From the IMG/VR virus record IMGVR_UViG_3300031867_000015, positions 1-64,000 of that record: a stretch of DNA of 64,000 bases. One strand, given 5' to 3'. This document shows, piece by piece, positions 17,487-27,987 of the stretch. Under the pieces are notes generated by a model. It searched no databases and had not been told where the DNA came from. It was given only the letters and a program-made list of their open reading frames with translations. This DNA comes from a virus. Taxonomy: Duplodnaviria; Caudoviricetes. Position 1 is the first letter of the stretch, and each line of letters opens with the position of its first letter. A program made the translations under genes and the position numbers.

Positions 17487-19764
17487 TACCTTTTTTAAAA
17501 TTTTCTAAAATATTTTTTGTCCATGTTTGTCTTGCAACAGTTTTATTTGTGTTGATACATTTCTTAAAAGCAGAAGGTTCAGCAAGTAATAAACACTTTT
17601 CTTTTGCTCTTGTAAGAGCCGTGTACAGCAAGCAATTGTCAAGCAGAACATAATGAGTATTATCAATAATAATGATTACAGCCTTATATCCCGAACCCTG
17701 TAAAGAATGAATTGTCATAGCATAAGCTAAGTCAATTTGGTCTACCTCGCTCTGCATATAAACTACCTGTTTGTTTTCTTTGCCCGAAGCAAATTCTATG
17801 GTAAATTTATTAACCATTTTATTTCCTTCTTTTTCTTGGAATATGTCTATGATATATCCAATATCTCCATTGAACACATCTTTTTCATAATCGTTTGTTC
17901 TCTGGATTACCTTTGCTCCCAGTTTATATTTACGTGTACCATATACAATACATCTGGTTTCGTTAGGAAGAAGTAAATCCTGTATCTTTTCATTAAGTGA
18001 AGCGGTACAATTAGTACAATTACTCTTGCGAGGTACACCAATAAGAACATCATCAACTCCGTATTTCTTAATCGCACCCATAAATGATTTAATTGCAATG
18101 CTGTTAAGCATATCTCTATCATCACGAAACATATAGGTCATGTCGTTGAGTTCACCTGTTACTATCTTTAACTCAGGCTTTGCTATCGGATTAATACCAT
18201 CTCTAATCTTATTAGCATCTGACAGTATTCCTGACTTCTCTGCCTGACGTAATACCTTTGTAAGTGTAAATGTCTTAATAACATTGTTTAAAACAATATC
18301 ATTAAAGGTATTACCATATCCGATAGGTGGTAACTGACGATTATCACCGCAAATAATTATCTTAGTTGTGGGTCTTACAGCACGAAGCAAATAATAAAAG
18401 ATTTCTGTACTATTCATAGAACCTTCATCAATAAGTAATACACTATATGGCAAAGGGTTATTTTCATTGTATGTGAACTTGTTCAGTCCGTTGCTCCCCA
18501 ATAATCTATGAATTGTATTAGCTTGGAATCCAGTAGATTCTTCGATAACCTTTACGGCTTTAGCTGATAATGCACAACAAGCAATTGAACAATTAGCTTC
18601 TTTATATATGTTCAAAATAGTGCGAACAGAACTTGTTTTACCTGTACCTGCCTTACCGCAAATAGCAACAGCATTACTATTTAAAGAATCCATAGCAATT
18701 GCCATCTGTTCTTCTGTAAGAGAATATCCCTGTTCTTGTTCTGCCTTAATGATACCATTCTTTATGTTTTCTTCACTAACTGATAAGGGGTTTTGGTTAG
18801 AAATTTCATTCAGCTTTTCAATAATCTTGTATTCCATATCATAATATTTTTGTAAACCTATCTTCCGTCCTTCAATGTGGAGAAATGGTCTGTCTGATTC
18901 TTCATTTTCTTGATAACACTCGTCAAGATATTTGTGACACTCTCTAACATTATTGATAATTTCTTCTTCTAATACTCCCTTGTCAACCCATGTGTGACCG
19001 CTACCCTCGCCTGTTTCTGTCAAGAACCATCTAATAAAAGCCTTTAATCTTTTATCAGATTCCTTTAACTCAGGATTTAATTTAATCGCAAGAGCGTCAA
19101 CCTTTTTGAAACCAAAACCTCTGATACTTGTAAGTATATAGGGGTTCTCAATTAATTCCTTTTTGAGTAGAACTGCATTAGGTTCATAGGTTGTGAGTTT
19201 TTTAATTGCATTAAGAGTAACTCCCAACGGCTGTAACATGGAAAGAATGTCAGAAATAACATAATTATTGATTACCTTTTCTTTTATCTTATCATATGTT
19301 ATCTTACCAATACCTTGAAGTTTATCGAAATCAACATTGTCCTTACCATCCATAATATCTTCAACAATATTAGGATATGCGGCTATCAATGTCTTAGCTT
19401 GGCTCTCGGTAAGAATTGAAAGAAGGAATGATTCCTGTTCTTCTGCCGTTTTAAGAACGGCTGAATTGATTCTTATAGGCTCATACTGATACTTGTTATA
19501 CTTCTTGCTGAATACAAGTTTAGCAACAACATCATATTTGTCACCTTCATAAAGTCTCTGCATACGTCCCGACAGGACTCCATTATAAATAGTATCTGTA
19601 TGTTCTTCTCCCCAGTCAATATTTCTACCGATTGAAATTTGCTTTTCAAGTTCTGGCATTTCATCAGGTGTCTTAAAAGAGTAAACACCGTAAGAGGTTG
19701 CATCACTATAATACAACTCTCTTATAACCTCTACTGTAAATGAATACTCACGCTCATCAGCCAT
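17473..19764 (-). CDS. recD2: RecD2-like SF1B helicase
   Basis: HhH repeats (LQGIG, GFGFKKVD), GKAGTGKT, DEGSM, GDNRQLPPIG, TIHSLQGS, LYTALTRA. Confidence 0.92.
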   Translation of the reverse strand: MADEREYSFTVEVIRELYYSDATSYGVYSFKTPDEMPELEKQISIGRNIDWGEEHTDTIYNGVLSGRMQRLYEGDKYDVVAKLVFSKKYNKYQYEPIRINSAVLKTAEEQESFLLSILTESQAKTLIAAYPNIVEDIMDGKDNVDFDKLQGIGKITYDKIKEKVINNYVISDILSMLQPLGVTLNAIKKLTTYEPNAVLLKKELIENPYILTSIRGFGFKKVDALAIKLNPELKESDKRLKAFIRWFLTETGEGSGHTWVDKGVLEEEIINNVRECHKYLDECYQENEESDRPFLHIEGRKIGLQKYYDMEYKIIEKLNEISNQNPLSVSEENIKNGIIKAEQEQGYSLTEEQMAIAMDSLNSNAVAICGKAGTGKTSSVRTILNIYKEANCSIACCALSAKAVKVIEESTGFQANTIHRLLGSNGLNKFTYNENNPLPYSVLLIDEGSMNSTEIFYYLLRAVRPTTKIIICGDNRQLPPIGYGNTFNDIVLNNVIKTFTLTKVLRQAEKSGILSDANKIRDGINPIAKPELKIVTGELNDMTYMFRDDRDMLNSIAIKSFMGAIKKYGVDDVLIGVPRKSNCTNCTASLNEKIQDLLLPNETRCIVYGTRKYKLGAKVIQRTNDYEKDVFNGDIGYIIDIFQEKEGNKMVNKFTIEFASGKENKQVVYMQSEVDQIDLAYAMTIHSLQGSGYKAVIIIIDNTHYVLLDNCLLYTALTRAKEKCLLLAEPSAFKKCINTNKTVARQTWTKNILENFKKGIDKE

Positions 19765-22700
19765 TATTTCTTCTCCTTTTTCTTCTTGATATAATTTAAC
19801 CACGAATCATATGAACGCATTTGATTGCACACTACATTGGTTTCACTATCCTTCTTACAAAGCATAGCAATCTGACTACCCTTTTTAATCAAGTCCTCAT
19901 ATTCTTTAAGCTGTGAACTCCATACCACGGCTTCAATAAGACCAAATGATGAGTAGATATTTACGAAAGCAAACTGCTGTCCAGTTTTAGTTTTCTTTTT
20001 TTGTACCTTTGAGATTACACCTATGATTATACAAGTATCACCTTCCTGTACATCTTGGAAACTTGTATCAATATATTCATAAGCCTTTTCAAAAGGGTTC
20101 TCACCTAAGAAAATCTGTAATGCTTCAAAGTCCCAAAACTGTTCATTCTGTAAATACTTTTCACTACACTCTGTAATGTACTTTTGATATTCAATTTCCT
20201 TTTTAGTGTAATAGTCTGTCTTTTCTTTCTGTTCTTTCTTCTTATTATATTCTACAAGCACAGCCTGTTTGTCTACCTTATTACCAATCTTGTATTTGTC
20301 AACATCAATGCCCCATACTTCTAACATTTCTTTCTTTGTCTTGTATGTCTTTACTGGTGTATATTCAAATGGTGATATATCGAATTGAGACTTTAAATAA
20401 TTTATTAAGCATTGCTTTTTATTTTTTGTTGGTATAGCACCTGCTTTAATTAAAGAAACAATCTGAGCCTTAGTAATTGAAACTCTTTCTGTAAGATTAT
20501 CAATACTTACAAACTTACCGCACTTGCGTTCTTCAAGAATAGTGTTAGCAAGGTTTTCGCCTATACCACTAATTGCAGATAGTCCAAACATAATCTTACT
20601 ATCGTAAATTGAAAAATTCATTACAGATTTATTAATGTTAGGTGCAATAACTTCGACATTAAAACTCTTTCCATCAAGAATATACTTGTTAACCATACCT
20701 GCTTTATCCTTGTTTAAATTAAGCAAAGCCTTAAAGAACTGCAAGGGGTAATTCTGTTTGAGGAAAGCTGTTTGGAAACAAAGCACAGCATATGAAAAGC
20801 TATGTGATTTGTTAAATAGATAACCACCTTTGGTAGATAGTTCATCACTGATAGTCTTTGCAAGTTCCTTACTATAACCGTTGTCAATAATTTCTTGATA
20901 CAACTTTGCCGATTCTTGTTTTACAAGTTCGATATTCTTTTTGCCAATCGCCTTGCGGAAAAGGTCAGCACCACCGTAAGTTCTACCACCAAATGTACGA
21001 ACTATATCCAAGAGTTGTTCCTGATATATCATACAACCGTAAGTCTTTTCAAGAATAGGTTTCATATCAGGGTGGATATACTTGACCTTTGAAGGGTCAT
21101 GCTTGCACTCAATAAATTCTTCCAACGCTCCCATGCTATCAGGACGATACAAAGCAAGTACCGCTGATAAATCTTCCATGCTTGACGGTTTCAGTCTGGA
21201 CAACAGGTCTTTCATACCTGCACTTTCAACTTGGAACACACCATCCGTAAGAGCCTTACAAAGAATTTCATAAGGAGAGGTATCTTGTTCAAACTCAGGA
21301 TTATTTATATCAATATCCCAGTTAGTCAGTCCTGTATCTTCTTGTACTTCGGTAAGGAGATTAAGTGTAGCAACACCAAGCAAATCAAATTTAATGATAC
21401 CTATTTCTTCAATGATACGCTTGTCAACCTGTATAACGTGTTCGCCATCAGTACCAAGTTTCATAGCCATGTAGTCATCCATAGTAGTATCAACAATACC
21501 AACACCACCTGCATGAATAGATACTGTCTTTACTCTACCGCTTAAATGACTTGCAATATCAAATAGTTCTTTATACTCAGGATGTTCAATAAGAAGCGTA
21601 CTGTTATGTTCAAGACATTCCTCAAATGTTGGATATGAAAACTTTTTACTCAGTTTATCCATTTCCTTGTATGGAAAACCTAAAGTTTTACCTACGTCCT
21701 TAATTGCAACAACAGGTGTAATATAAGAGAAGTTAATAACTTGACATACTCTGTCAGAACCATATTTATTAACAAGATATTCAACAACCTTACTTCTATC
21801 AGAAAGGTCAATATCCAAGTCAGGCATACTAATTCTCTCAGGGTTTAAGAATCTTTCAAAAATAAGATTGTACTTGATAGGGTTAAGGTCTGTGATTCCC
21901 ATAAGATAGCATACAAGACTACCTGCACCACTTCCTCTACCTGCACCAACTTTAACCTCATGGGTTTTAGCCCAGTTGATAAAATCCCATACAATAAGAA
22001 AATAACCATCGAATCCCATCGTGTGAATGATGTTCATTTCATAGTCAAGACGGTCACGGTAAATCTGTTGTTCATTTTTATTGTATGTGTTAATATGTCT
22101 TTTGTTCCATCCTTCTTCTGTAAGGTATTTCAGATAAGAATAATTATCATTAAAACCATCTGGAAGTGGAAATGTAGGTAACTGTGGAGACTGAAACGGC
22201 ATATCAATATCATCTATCATATCAGCAATAGCATTTGTATTAGCCAGTCCAGTTTCAACAGCTTCATATCCAATTTGAGAATCCATTGTCTCATGGATTT
22301 CTTCTACGGTCTGTAAATAACAACCCTCATAAGGCTCAGAAGCAGTTTCGTTATCCCTTGCAATTCTAACAAGCTGACCCTGATAATACAAATCTTCTTT
22401 TCTTGCGGCATGACTATCAGTAGTAATAATATATGGTGTTTGTGTCAGCTTGGCAAGTTCCATTATTTTCTTATTATATTCAGCTTGTTCATCACTTTTA
22501 TGTGACTGCATTTCAAGAAAGAACCACGGAAACATAAGTTTATATTCCTTGATATATTTGATACACTGTATTAAATCCTTTTCTCTTGCTATCTTAGAAG
22601 CGAGACAAGCAGAGCATACAATTAAATCATCACCATATCCCTTAAAATCAGAAAGTTCTATACGTGGTTTATAATAGAATCCTTCAAGGTTTGATAATGT

Positions 22701-23015
22701 TACAAGGTGGTTAAGAGCCTTTCTTCCACGCTCGTTCTTAGCAAGAACAAGTAAGTGAAAGTATTTTGAATTTTTATCCTTGATATTGCGGTCAAAACAT
22801 TCGTACATTTCAACACCATAAATCATTTTAATATCAGGATAATTCTTTTTTAGCTTATCGAAATAACACCACGAATATTCATTACCATGTTCAGTGATAG
22901 CAAATGCTTTAAGTCCTATTTCTTTTGCTCTGTTAAGGTATTCCTCTGGTGAGGAATACCCATCAAGAAGCGAATAAAAGGAATGATTGTGAAGGGAAGT
23001 ATAGTTTTCAATCAT
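19764..23015 (-). CDS. dnaE: DNA polymerase III alpha subunit
   Basis: PHP domain HNHSFYSLLDG, GRGSGAGSL, PDLDID, KFDLLG, FNKSHS, C-terminal OB fold. Confidence 0.97.
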   Translation of the reverse strand: MIENYTSLHNHSFYSLLDGYSSPEEYLNRAKEIGLKAFAITEHGNEYSWCYFDKLKKNYPDIKMIYGVEMYECFDRNIKDKNSKYFHLLVLAKNERGRKALNHLVTLSNLEGFYYKPRIELSDFKGYGDDLIVCSACLASKIAREKDLIQCIKYIKEYKLMFPWFFLEMQSHKSDEQAEYNKKIMELAKLTQTPYIITTDSHAARKEDLYYQGQLVRIARDNETASEPYEGCYLQTVEEIHETMDSQIGYEAVETGLANTNAIADMIDDIDMPFQSPQLPTFPLPDGFNDNYSYLKYLTEEGWNKRHINTYNKNEQQIYRDRLDYEMNIIHTMGFDGYFLIVWDFINWAKTHEVKVGAGRGSGAGSLVCYLMGITDLNPIKYNLIFERFLNPERISMPDLDIDLSDRSKVVEYLVNKYGSDRVCQVINFSYITPVVAIKDVGKTLGFPYKEMDKLSKKFSYPTFEECLEHNSTLLIEHPEYKELFDIASHLSGRVKTVSIHAGGVGIVDTTMDDYMAMKLGTDGEHVIQVDKRIIEEIGIIKFDLLGVATLNLLTEVQEDTGLTNWDIDINNPEFEQDTSPYEILCKALTDGVFQVESAGMKDLLSRLKPSSMEDLSAVLALYRPDSMGALEEFIECKHDPSKVKYIHPDMKPILEKTYGCMIYQEQLLDIVRTFGGRTYGGADLFRKAIGKKNIELVKQESAKLYQEIIDNGYSKELAKTISDELSTKGGYLFNKSHSFSYAVLCFQTAFLKQNYPLQFFKALLNLNKDKAGMVNKYILDGKSFNVEVIAPNINKSVMNFSIYDSKIMFGLSAISGIGENLANTILEERKCGKFVSIDNLTERVSITKAQIVSLIKAGAIPTKNKKQCLINYLKSQFDISPFEYTPVKTYKTKKEMLEVWGIDVDKYKIGNKVDKQAVLVEYNKKKEQKEKTDYYTKKEIEYQKYITECSEKYLQNEQFWDFEALQIFLGENPFEKAYEYIDTSFQDVQEGDTCIIIGVISKVQKKKTKTGQQFAFVNIYSSFGLIEAVVWSSQLKEYEDLIKKGSQIAMLCKKDSETNVVCNQMRSYDSWLNYIKKKKEKK

Positions 23016-24753
23016 CTTCGTAAGTCACCTCATAATCTTCAATAATAATCTGTGCTGTCTTTATGCCATTGAAAAAGCTATATCCAAACTTGCCGATAAC
23101 ATTTATCTTGTATACTCCCTGTGCATCTAAGAATACGTCATCTTCTGGACACTTGAACTTAATGAGTTTAATAGATTCATCACATATCATAGTACACCAA
23201 GTATCTTGACCCTTGCCTTGTATAACTATATCATCAGCGTTAATAGGGATATTTTTTACAAGCACATTACACTCTTTTAATCCAGTAGCATAATATGGTT
23301 TTAGTTCTGCAATGTCTCTAAAAAGACTAATATCCAAATCGTTATAATCTATTTCAAAATCTACAGGAATATCACCAACGTCTACAAGATTCATCTCTTG
23401 GATATAATCATCAAGAAACTCTATGCTTTCCTTGATATTATGTTTAAATATTTCTGCTCCACAAGCTGATGCGTGACCCTGTGCAGAGAAGAATGTCATG
23501 GTGTTCAACATATTCTTAAAGTTCTCTATTGGACTTGTATCAGGAACTCTCACTGAGCCACCATATACATCATTTCCTTTATCTCTCAATAAAATAGTAG
23601 GCTTATGAAATGCACCTGCCACCTTAATAGCAACAACACCTGTCATAGTGGATTCGATATAATCTGTTACATTTGTAACTATAACTTCGTGTTTGTCTTG
23701 TCCTTTATTTTTTATATGATTAATGATAAGCGGTAACTGTTTATCAACAATTGTTTTCTGTCTGCCCTTTGCGTTAGAACAGAAACGAACTGCTCTTTCA
23801 TATATATTTTCTGTTATTTGCTCTTTTGTTCTTGGCTTTGTGTAATCGAAAGTTTCAGATTCATCACCAATAAATGCTCTGAATAAAATATCCTTTTCTT
23901 CCTGAGAACCTATGCGAATCAGAGCATTAATGAGTGGTGTTATATAGAACTGCACTCCTATAATTGTTGTGCCATCTGGAAAATAATAGGACTGTTTCTT
24001 TAATAGTTCTTCAAAGAAAGCATTTGTAATGAAATCAAGTCCCTTTAAAACAAGATATTTTGTTTCTGGTTCTTTCATATCCATATTGTCACTGATATTT
24101 GCAAGAGCCACAAGGTCAAGATAATCGTCAGCTTCATCACACCACATATCTTCGTCAACGGCTTGTAAAAACTTATAGACTATACCTGCCCCACACAGAT
24201 TTTTATTATCATACTTATGGCTACACTGGTTATTCACAACAATTGCATAAGGATTATCAATCTCTCTTTCGTGATGGTCTAATATGATTATATCAATACC
24301 TTTGTCTTTGAGAGCCTTGCACTGTTCTGTGTCATTTGTACCTGCATCGGGAATGATAAGAAGCTGTGTATCTTCTGGAATCTCAATATCATCTGTTAAA
24401 CCATGTTGCTTTCCTGTGTGAAGTAAGTACGTCAGCTTACACTCAGGATTCAAGTTCTTAGTGTACGCATATATTATTGAAGCGGAGGTATATCCGTCAA
24501 CGTCACAATCAACTATTATTGTTATATTTGAATTGTTTTCAATGTGTGACTTGTATACCTCTACTGCCTTATCAATGTTATCAAGGTTCTGATAAGGAAT
24601 AAGTATATCTTCACTTACATTTATATAACCATTGATATCCTTGATACCTCTATTTTCAAGAAATGTTTCCAATGGAGTATCATAACTTCCATTTCCTAAT
24701 ATTTTATAATTCAATAATACCAAACCTTTCTTTATACAATTTGCTCTATGCAT
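23008..24753 (-). CDS. recJ: RecJ-like ssDNA exonuclease (DHH family)
   Basis: DCDVDG, LDHH, GAGIVYK, GHASACG; true start probably a downstream TTG. Confidence 0.92.
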   Translation of the reverse strand: MHRANCIKKGLVLLNYKILGNGSYDTPLETFLENRGIKDINGYINVSEDILIPYQNLDNIDKAVEVYKSHIENNSNITIIVDCDVDGYTSASIIYAYTKNLNPECKLTYLLHTGKQHGLTDDIEIPEDTQLLIIPDAGTNDTEQCKALKDKGIDIIILDHHEREIDNPYAIVVNNQCSHKYDNKNLCGAGIVYKFLQAVDEDMWCDEADDYLDLVALANISDNMDMKEPETKYLVLKGLDFITNAFFEELLKKQSYYFPDGTTIIGVQFYITPLINALIRIGSQEEKDILFRAFIGDESETFDYTKPRTKEQITENIYERAVRFCSNAKGRQKTIVDKQLPLIINHIKNKGQDKHEVIVTNVTDYIESTMTGVVAIKVAGAFHKPTILLRDKGNDVYGGSVRVPDTSPIENFKNMLNTMTFFSAQGHASACGAEIFKHNIKESIEFLDDYIQEMNLVDVGDIPVDFEIDYNDLDISLFRDIAELKPYYATGLKECNVLVKNIPINADDIVIQGKGQDTWCTMICDESIKLIKFKCPEDDVFLDAQGVYKINVIGKFGYSFFNGIKTAQIIIEDYEVTYEDD

Positions 24754-24793
24754 GGTAAAAAGAAAAAATCCAAACCATTAACATTACATATAT

Positions 24794-24822
24794 ATTATAC
24801 TATACATTTCTCTCTTTGTCAA
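24794..24822 (-). promoter_or_regulatory. sigmaA promoter with operator variant
   Basis: TTGACA-17-TATAAT. Confidence 0.8.
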
Positions 24823-24856
24823 TGGTTTGGAATATATTTTTATATTTTAACTAATC

Positions 24857-25876
24857 TTATTTGATTAGGTACTTATTATCACTCAATAACTTTTTAAATT
24901 TATCTGGCACATCAGACGGACTTTCCTTTTCGTCCAAGATATTATCTTTATCTATCAATGCATATATATTAACACTTTCAATAAATCTATCGGCTAATTC
25001 TTCTATCTCCGATTGCTCAACATCTTTATCAAAGCAGAATATAATTTTAACACACAGTCTTGATAGCATATCAATCTGTGCCTGAGACACTTTCTTGCCA
25101 CCTGTTGCAACGCAGTTACGGATTCCCATGCTCCATAACTGCATAACCCCTTTTTCGCTCTCTACAACATAAACACATTGTTCTTTTTGAATATATGGTA
25201 GTGATAAGTTTAACCCATATAAAATTCTACTACGATTACAAGGTTCGATGTACAAATATTTTAAATCATCTTCTCTTAGTTCTTCTTGAAATAACCTTCC
25301 TTTAACCCCTACAAGATTGTTTAATTCATCCCTAATAGGTATGGTAATTCTGTTTGTGAAATCATCATATCCTATTTCAAATAACTTCTGTACCTCATAT
25401 GAAATACCATCCTTTTTAAACATATTATTTACATAAGGATAGTAATATGAAAGTATTACTTCTGGAATTGGTTTTAGCGGAGCATTATCTTCTTCTGTAT
25501 TTACTCCGCTATCCAGTTCTAATAATAGCTTGGTTAGCCTTATAGCTTCTGGTAAATCCTCATTCCAGTCTTTATAATAATCAAGGTCACACCAATCACA
25601 CAATTGCTTGACCGTTTCAAAGAAATTTATTTTCAAATAAAATTCAGCAAGGTCAAATATGTCATGGCACTTCTTGTTGTTTAATGAACGTGTATAATTA
25701 ACAACCGTAAGGTTGGTATTAAGATAAACAGTAACGGCACTCTGATTGTCTCCATCAGGATTACCACAGGTAATATAATCACCCTTGTCCTTAATATGAT
25801 GGCATCCCAAGTTCTCTAATATGGTTTCAACATATTCATTTTCCAAGATATATTCTTTCATCATTGGTATATCCAT
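24857..25876 (-). CDS. DNA primase (DnaG-like, TOPRIM)
   Basis: RITIPIRD..VGVKGR, LYGLN, VVESEK, FDKD. Confidence 0.9.
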   Translation of the reverse strand: MDIPMMKEYILENEYVETILENLGCHHIKDKGDYITCGNPDGDNQSAVTVYLNTNLTVVNYTRSLNNKKCHDIFDLAEFYLKINFFETVKQLCDWCDLDYYKDWNEDLPEAIRLTKLLLELDSGVNTEEDNAPLKPIPEVILSYYYPYVNNMFKKDGISYEVQKLFEIGYDDFTNRITIPIRDELNNLVGVKGRLFQEELREDDLKYLYIEPCNRSRILYGLNLSLPYIQKEQCVYVVESEKGVMQLWSMGIRNCVATGGKKVSQAQIDMLSRLCVKIIFCFDKDVEQSEIEELADRFIESVNIYALIDKDNILDEKESPSDVPDKFKKLLSDNKYLIK

Positions 25877-25895
25877 GCCATTACTTCCTTTACTA

Positions 25896-27386
25896 TTATT
25901 TTCTTACTAACTCTCCGCACTCTCTCCACGTGTTTTTATCGAGGTCAAGTTCAAATAGAACTTTAGGCTTGCGACCAAAACGATTCTTGTCTACATTACA
26001 ACAATAATATCTATGTCCTTCTTGTAGTGGTTTACGTTGTGGCTCTCCCCAATCTTCATCAACTTGAAGATATTCATATCTATTAAACTCGTTTGCAAGA
26101 ATCTCCTTAAAAAGCATCATGGTGTACATAACACGTTTAATTGCCTTACAATTTGCGATATGTGTAGATGAAACTCTATCAGGGTCAACACTTGCTATCT
26201 CATCAAGAAGCTGAATCGACAGATAACCGAATGTCTCAGTTTCTTTTGCTACTGTAGCTAACTTAGTAGCAGAGTTCATCATTGCCGCCCAATCACCAGT
26301 GTCATCTGTGTCTGACTTAAACGTATCATAGAACCAGTAATTACAACCCAGTGTCATTTTTGCCTTGCGGATTTTAAATTCAAGCGTTTTATCATCATAA
26401 GCATCAGAAACATCATCAACGAATATTGAAGTCTGTAACTCAGAATCAATCCATTCTGCTACTTGCATTATCTGATTAAATTCTTCACTATCTTTTTCTA
26501 CTCGTCTGATAAAATCGTCATCTGATTCTAACGGTTCACCCTCATCATTTACTTTACGATAGATAAAGTCACCGTTTTTGTCTTTATATAATCCCATATC
26601 CAATTCTGATTCATTCTTTTTTATATCAAAACCATGAAGTGCTTGAAACTCAGAGTTGTTAATGACTGTGCAAATTAAGCAATCTCTTAACTCAGCAATA
26701 TCCATTTCGTTAACCATTGCATAAACTTTTTGTCGCAAAACTAATGCGATATATGCGATAAGCAATACCATAAATCTTGTTTTACCTGCATTAGATACCA
26801 TGCCACCAACCATAAGTGTTTTGAGTTTCATTCCTCTGAATACTTCACTCAATAAAGAAAATGGCATTGGTAATCCCATACTTGGTTTTGCCATATGGTC
26901 AAGTAAGGTTTTCTTTGTACCTTTATTTAAAACCTCAGTCTCAGAACTACCGAGGATAACTGTGTGAATCTTATCTGCCTTGCCACGAACCAACCTGTAA
27001 ATATCATTAGCAGTAAATGTCTCAAACTTGCTATGTTTTAATATACCTGTAATATCAAAACCCTTACGCTGATACTCTCTAAGTAATGAATACTTTTTAA
27101 GAATATCATAATAGTTTTTCTGATTCTCAGGCTGAGAAAGTTTCTTCCAACTGTCGATGAGTTTGATACCACCGTACTTCTTAAACAGGTCAAGACGTTC
27201 CTTATCCTCTGACATAAAGGCTACGATAGTATTATTTTTAAACTCCTGAGAACGTGTCTGATACATTGTCTCAGCACAATCATAGAAGAATCTTGTGGAT
27301 TCATCATAGAAATCATATTTGCTTTTTACAAGCTGTATATATTCTACTAATAGTTCTGGATTAGAATAAATACTACCTACAAACAT
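25896..27386 (-). CDS. replicative DnaB-like helicase
   Basis: SNAGKTR Walker A, NEM, YDTFK, DKNRFG; frame stays open upstream to an ATA at 27419. Confidence 0.85.
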   Translation of the reverse strand: MFVGSIYSNPELLVEYIQLVKSKYDFYDESTRFFYDCAETMYQTRSQEFKNNTIVAFMSEDKERLDLFKKYGGIKLIDSWKKLSQPENQKNYYDILKKYSLLREYQRKGFDITGILKHSKFETFTANDIYRLVRGKADKIHTVILGSSETEVLNKGTKKTLLDHMAKPSMGLPMPFSLLSEVFRGMKLKTLMVGGMVSNAGKTRFMVLLIAYIALVLRQKVYAMVNEMDIAELRDCLICTVINNSEFQALHGFDIKKNESELDMGLYKDKNGDFIYRKVNDEGEPLESDDDFIRRVEKDSEEFNQIMQVAEWIDSELQTSIFVDDVSDAYDDKTLEFKIRKAKMTLGCNYWFYDTFKSDTDDTGDWAAMMNSATKLATVAKETETFGYLSIQLLDEIASVDPDRVSSTHIANCKAIKRVMYTMMLFKEILANEFNRYEYLQVDEDWGEPQRKPLQEGHRYYCCNVDKNRFGRKPKVLFELDLDKNTWRECGELVRK

Positions 27387-27428
27387 AATCTCATTTGTTA
27401 CATTGCTTACGGCTTCTATACTACCACC

Positions 27429-27926
27429 TCATATCTCATCTATTATATCGGATATATCTGTTTCATTTGGAGTTTGTATCTGTATAGGCTTAACTACTGA
27501 AATAGCTTTCATTCGTTTGGTCTGTTCTGCGAAAGTCTTTTCCTGTTCGTGAATTGCGTTCTGCTTTTCTTTCCAACGCTTATATGAATCGTACTTATTA
27601 ATTAGAATAGCAAGGTCATAACATACCCTGTTTGCTCCGTACATATCCTTACCGTGAGTTTTGTTATACTCATACGTCTGCTTCAAGTAATCCATTTTGC
27701 GTTGCCACATATCGTATAAATCAAAGATTGATATTTGTAATGGCTCTTTTGTATTCTTAGTGTACTCACCCTTGTATAGTGAGGTTATTTGCATAAATAC
27801 ATATTGAGGAAGTGTGGACACATTGTATTCTTTATAAATAAAATCATACAATTTTTCACAACATTCTATTTCTTCCCTTGTTCGTTTATATCTTTTAGGC
27901 TTATCAGTTTTTGATTTATTTGCCAT
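27429..27926 (-). CDS. hypothetical replication-module protein (yorH position)
   Basis: synteny between AAA ATPase and helicase; acidic tail DISDIIDEI. Confidence 0.65.
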   Translation of the reverse strand: MANKSKTDKPKRYKRTREEIECCEKLYDFIYKEYNVSTLPQYVFMQITSLYKGEYTKNTKEPLQISIFDLYDMWQRKMDYLKQTYEYNKTHGKDMYGANRVCYDLAILINKYDSYKRWKEKQNAIHEQEKTFAEQTKRMKAISVVKPIQIQTPNETDISDIIDEI

Positions 27927-27987
27927 AACAAACTCCCTTCATGGAATAACAGGCAAGACTACTGCCTTGCCCCATTCCATAATGTTA

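Noticed and set aside
17473-27386. Inteins in DnaE, RecD2 or helicase
   Set aside because: Protein lengths are normal and no intein splice-junction or LAGLIDADG motifs are visible.
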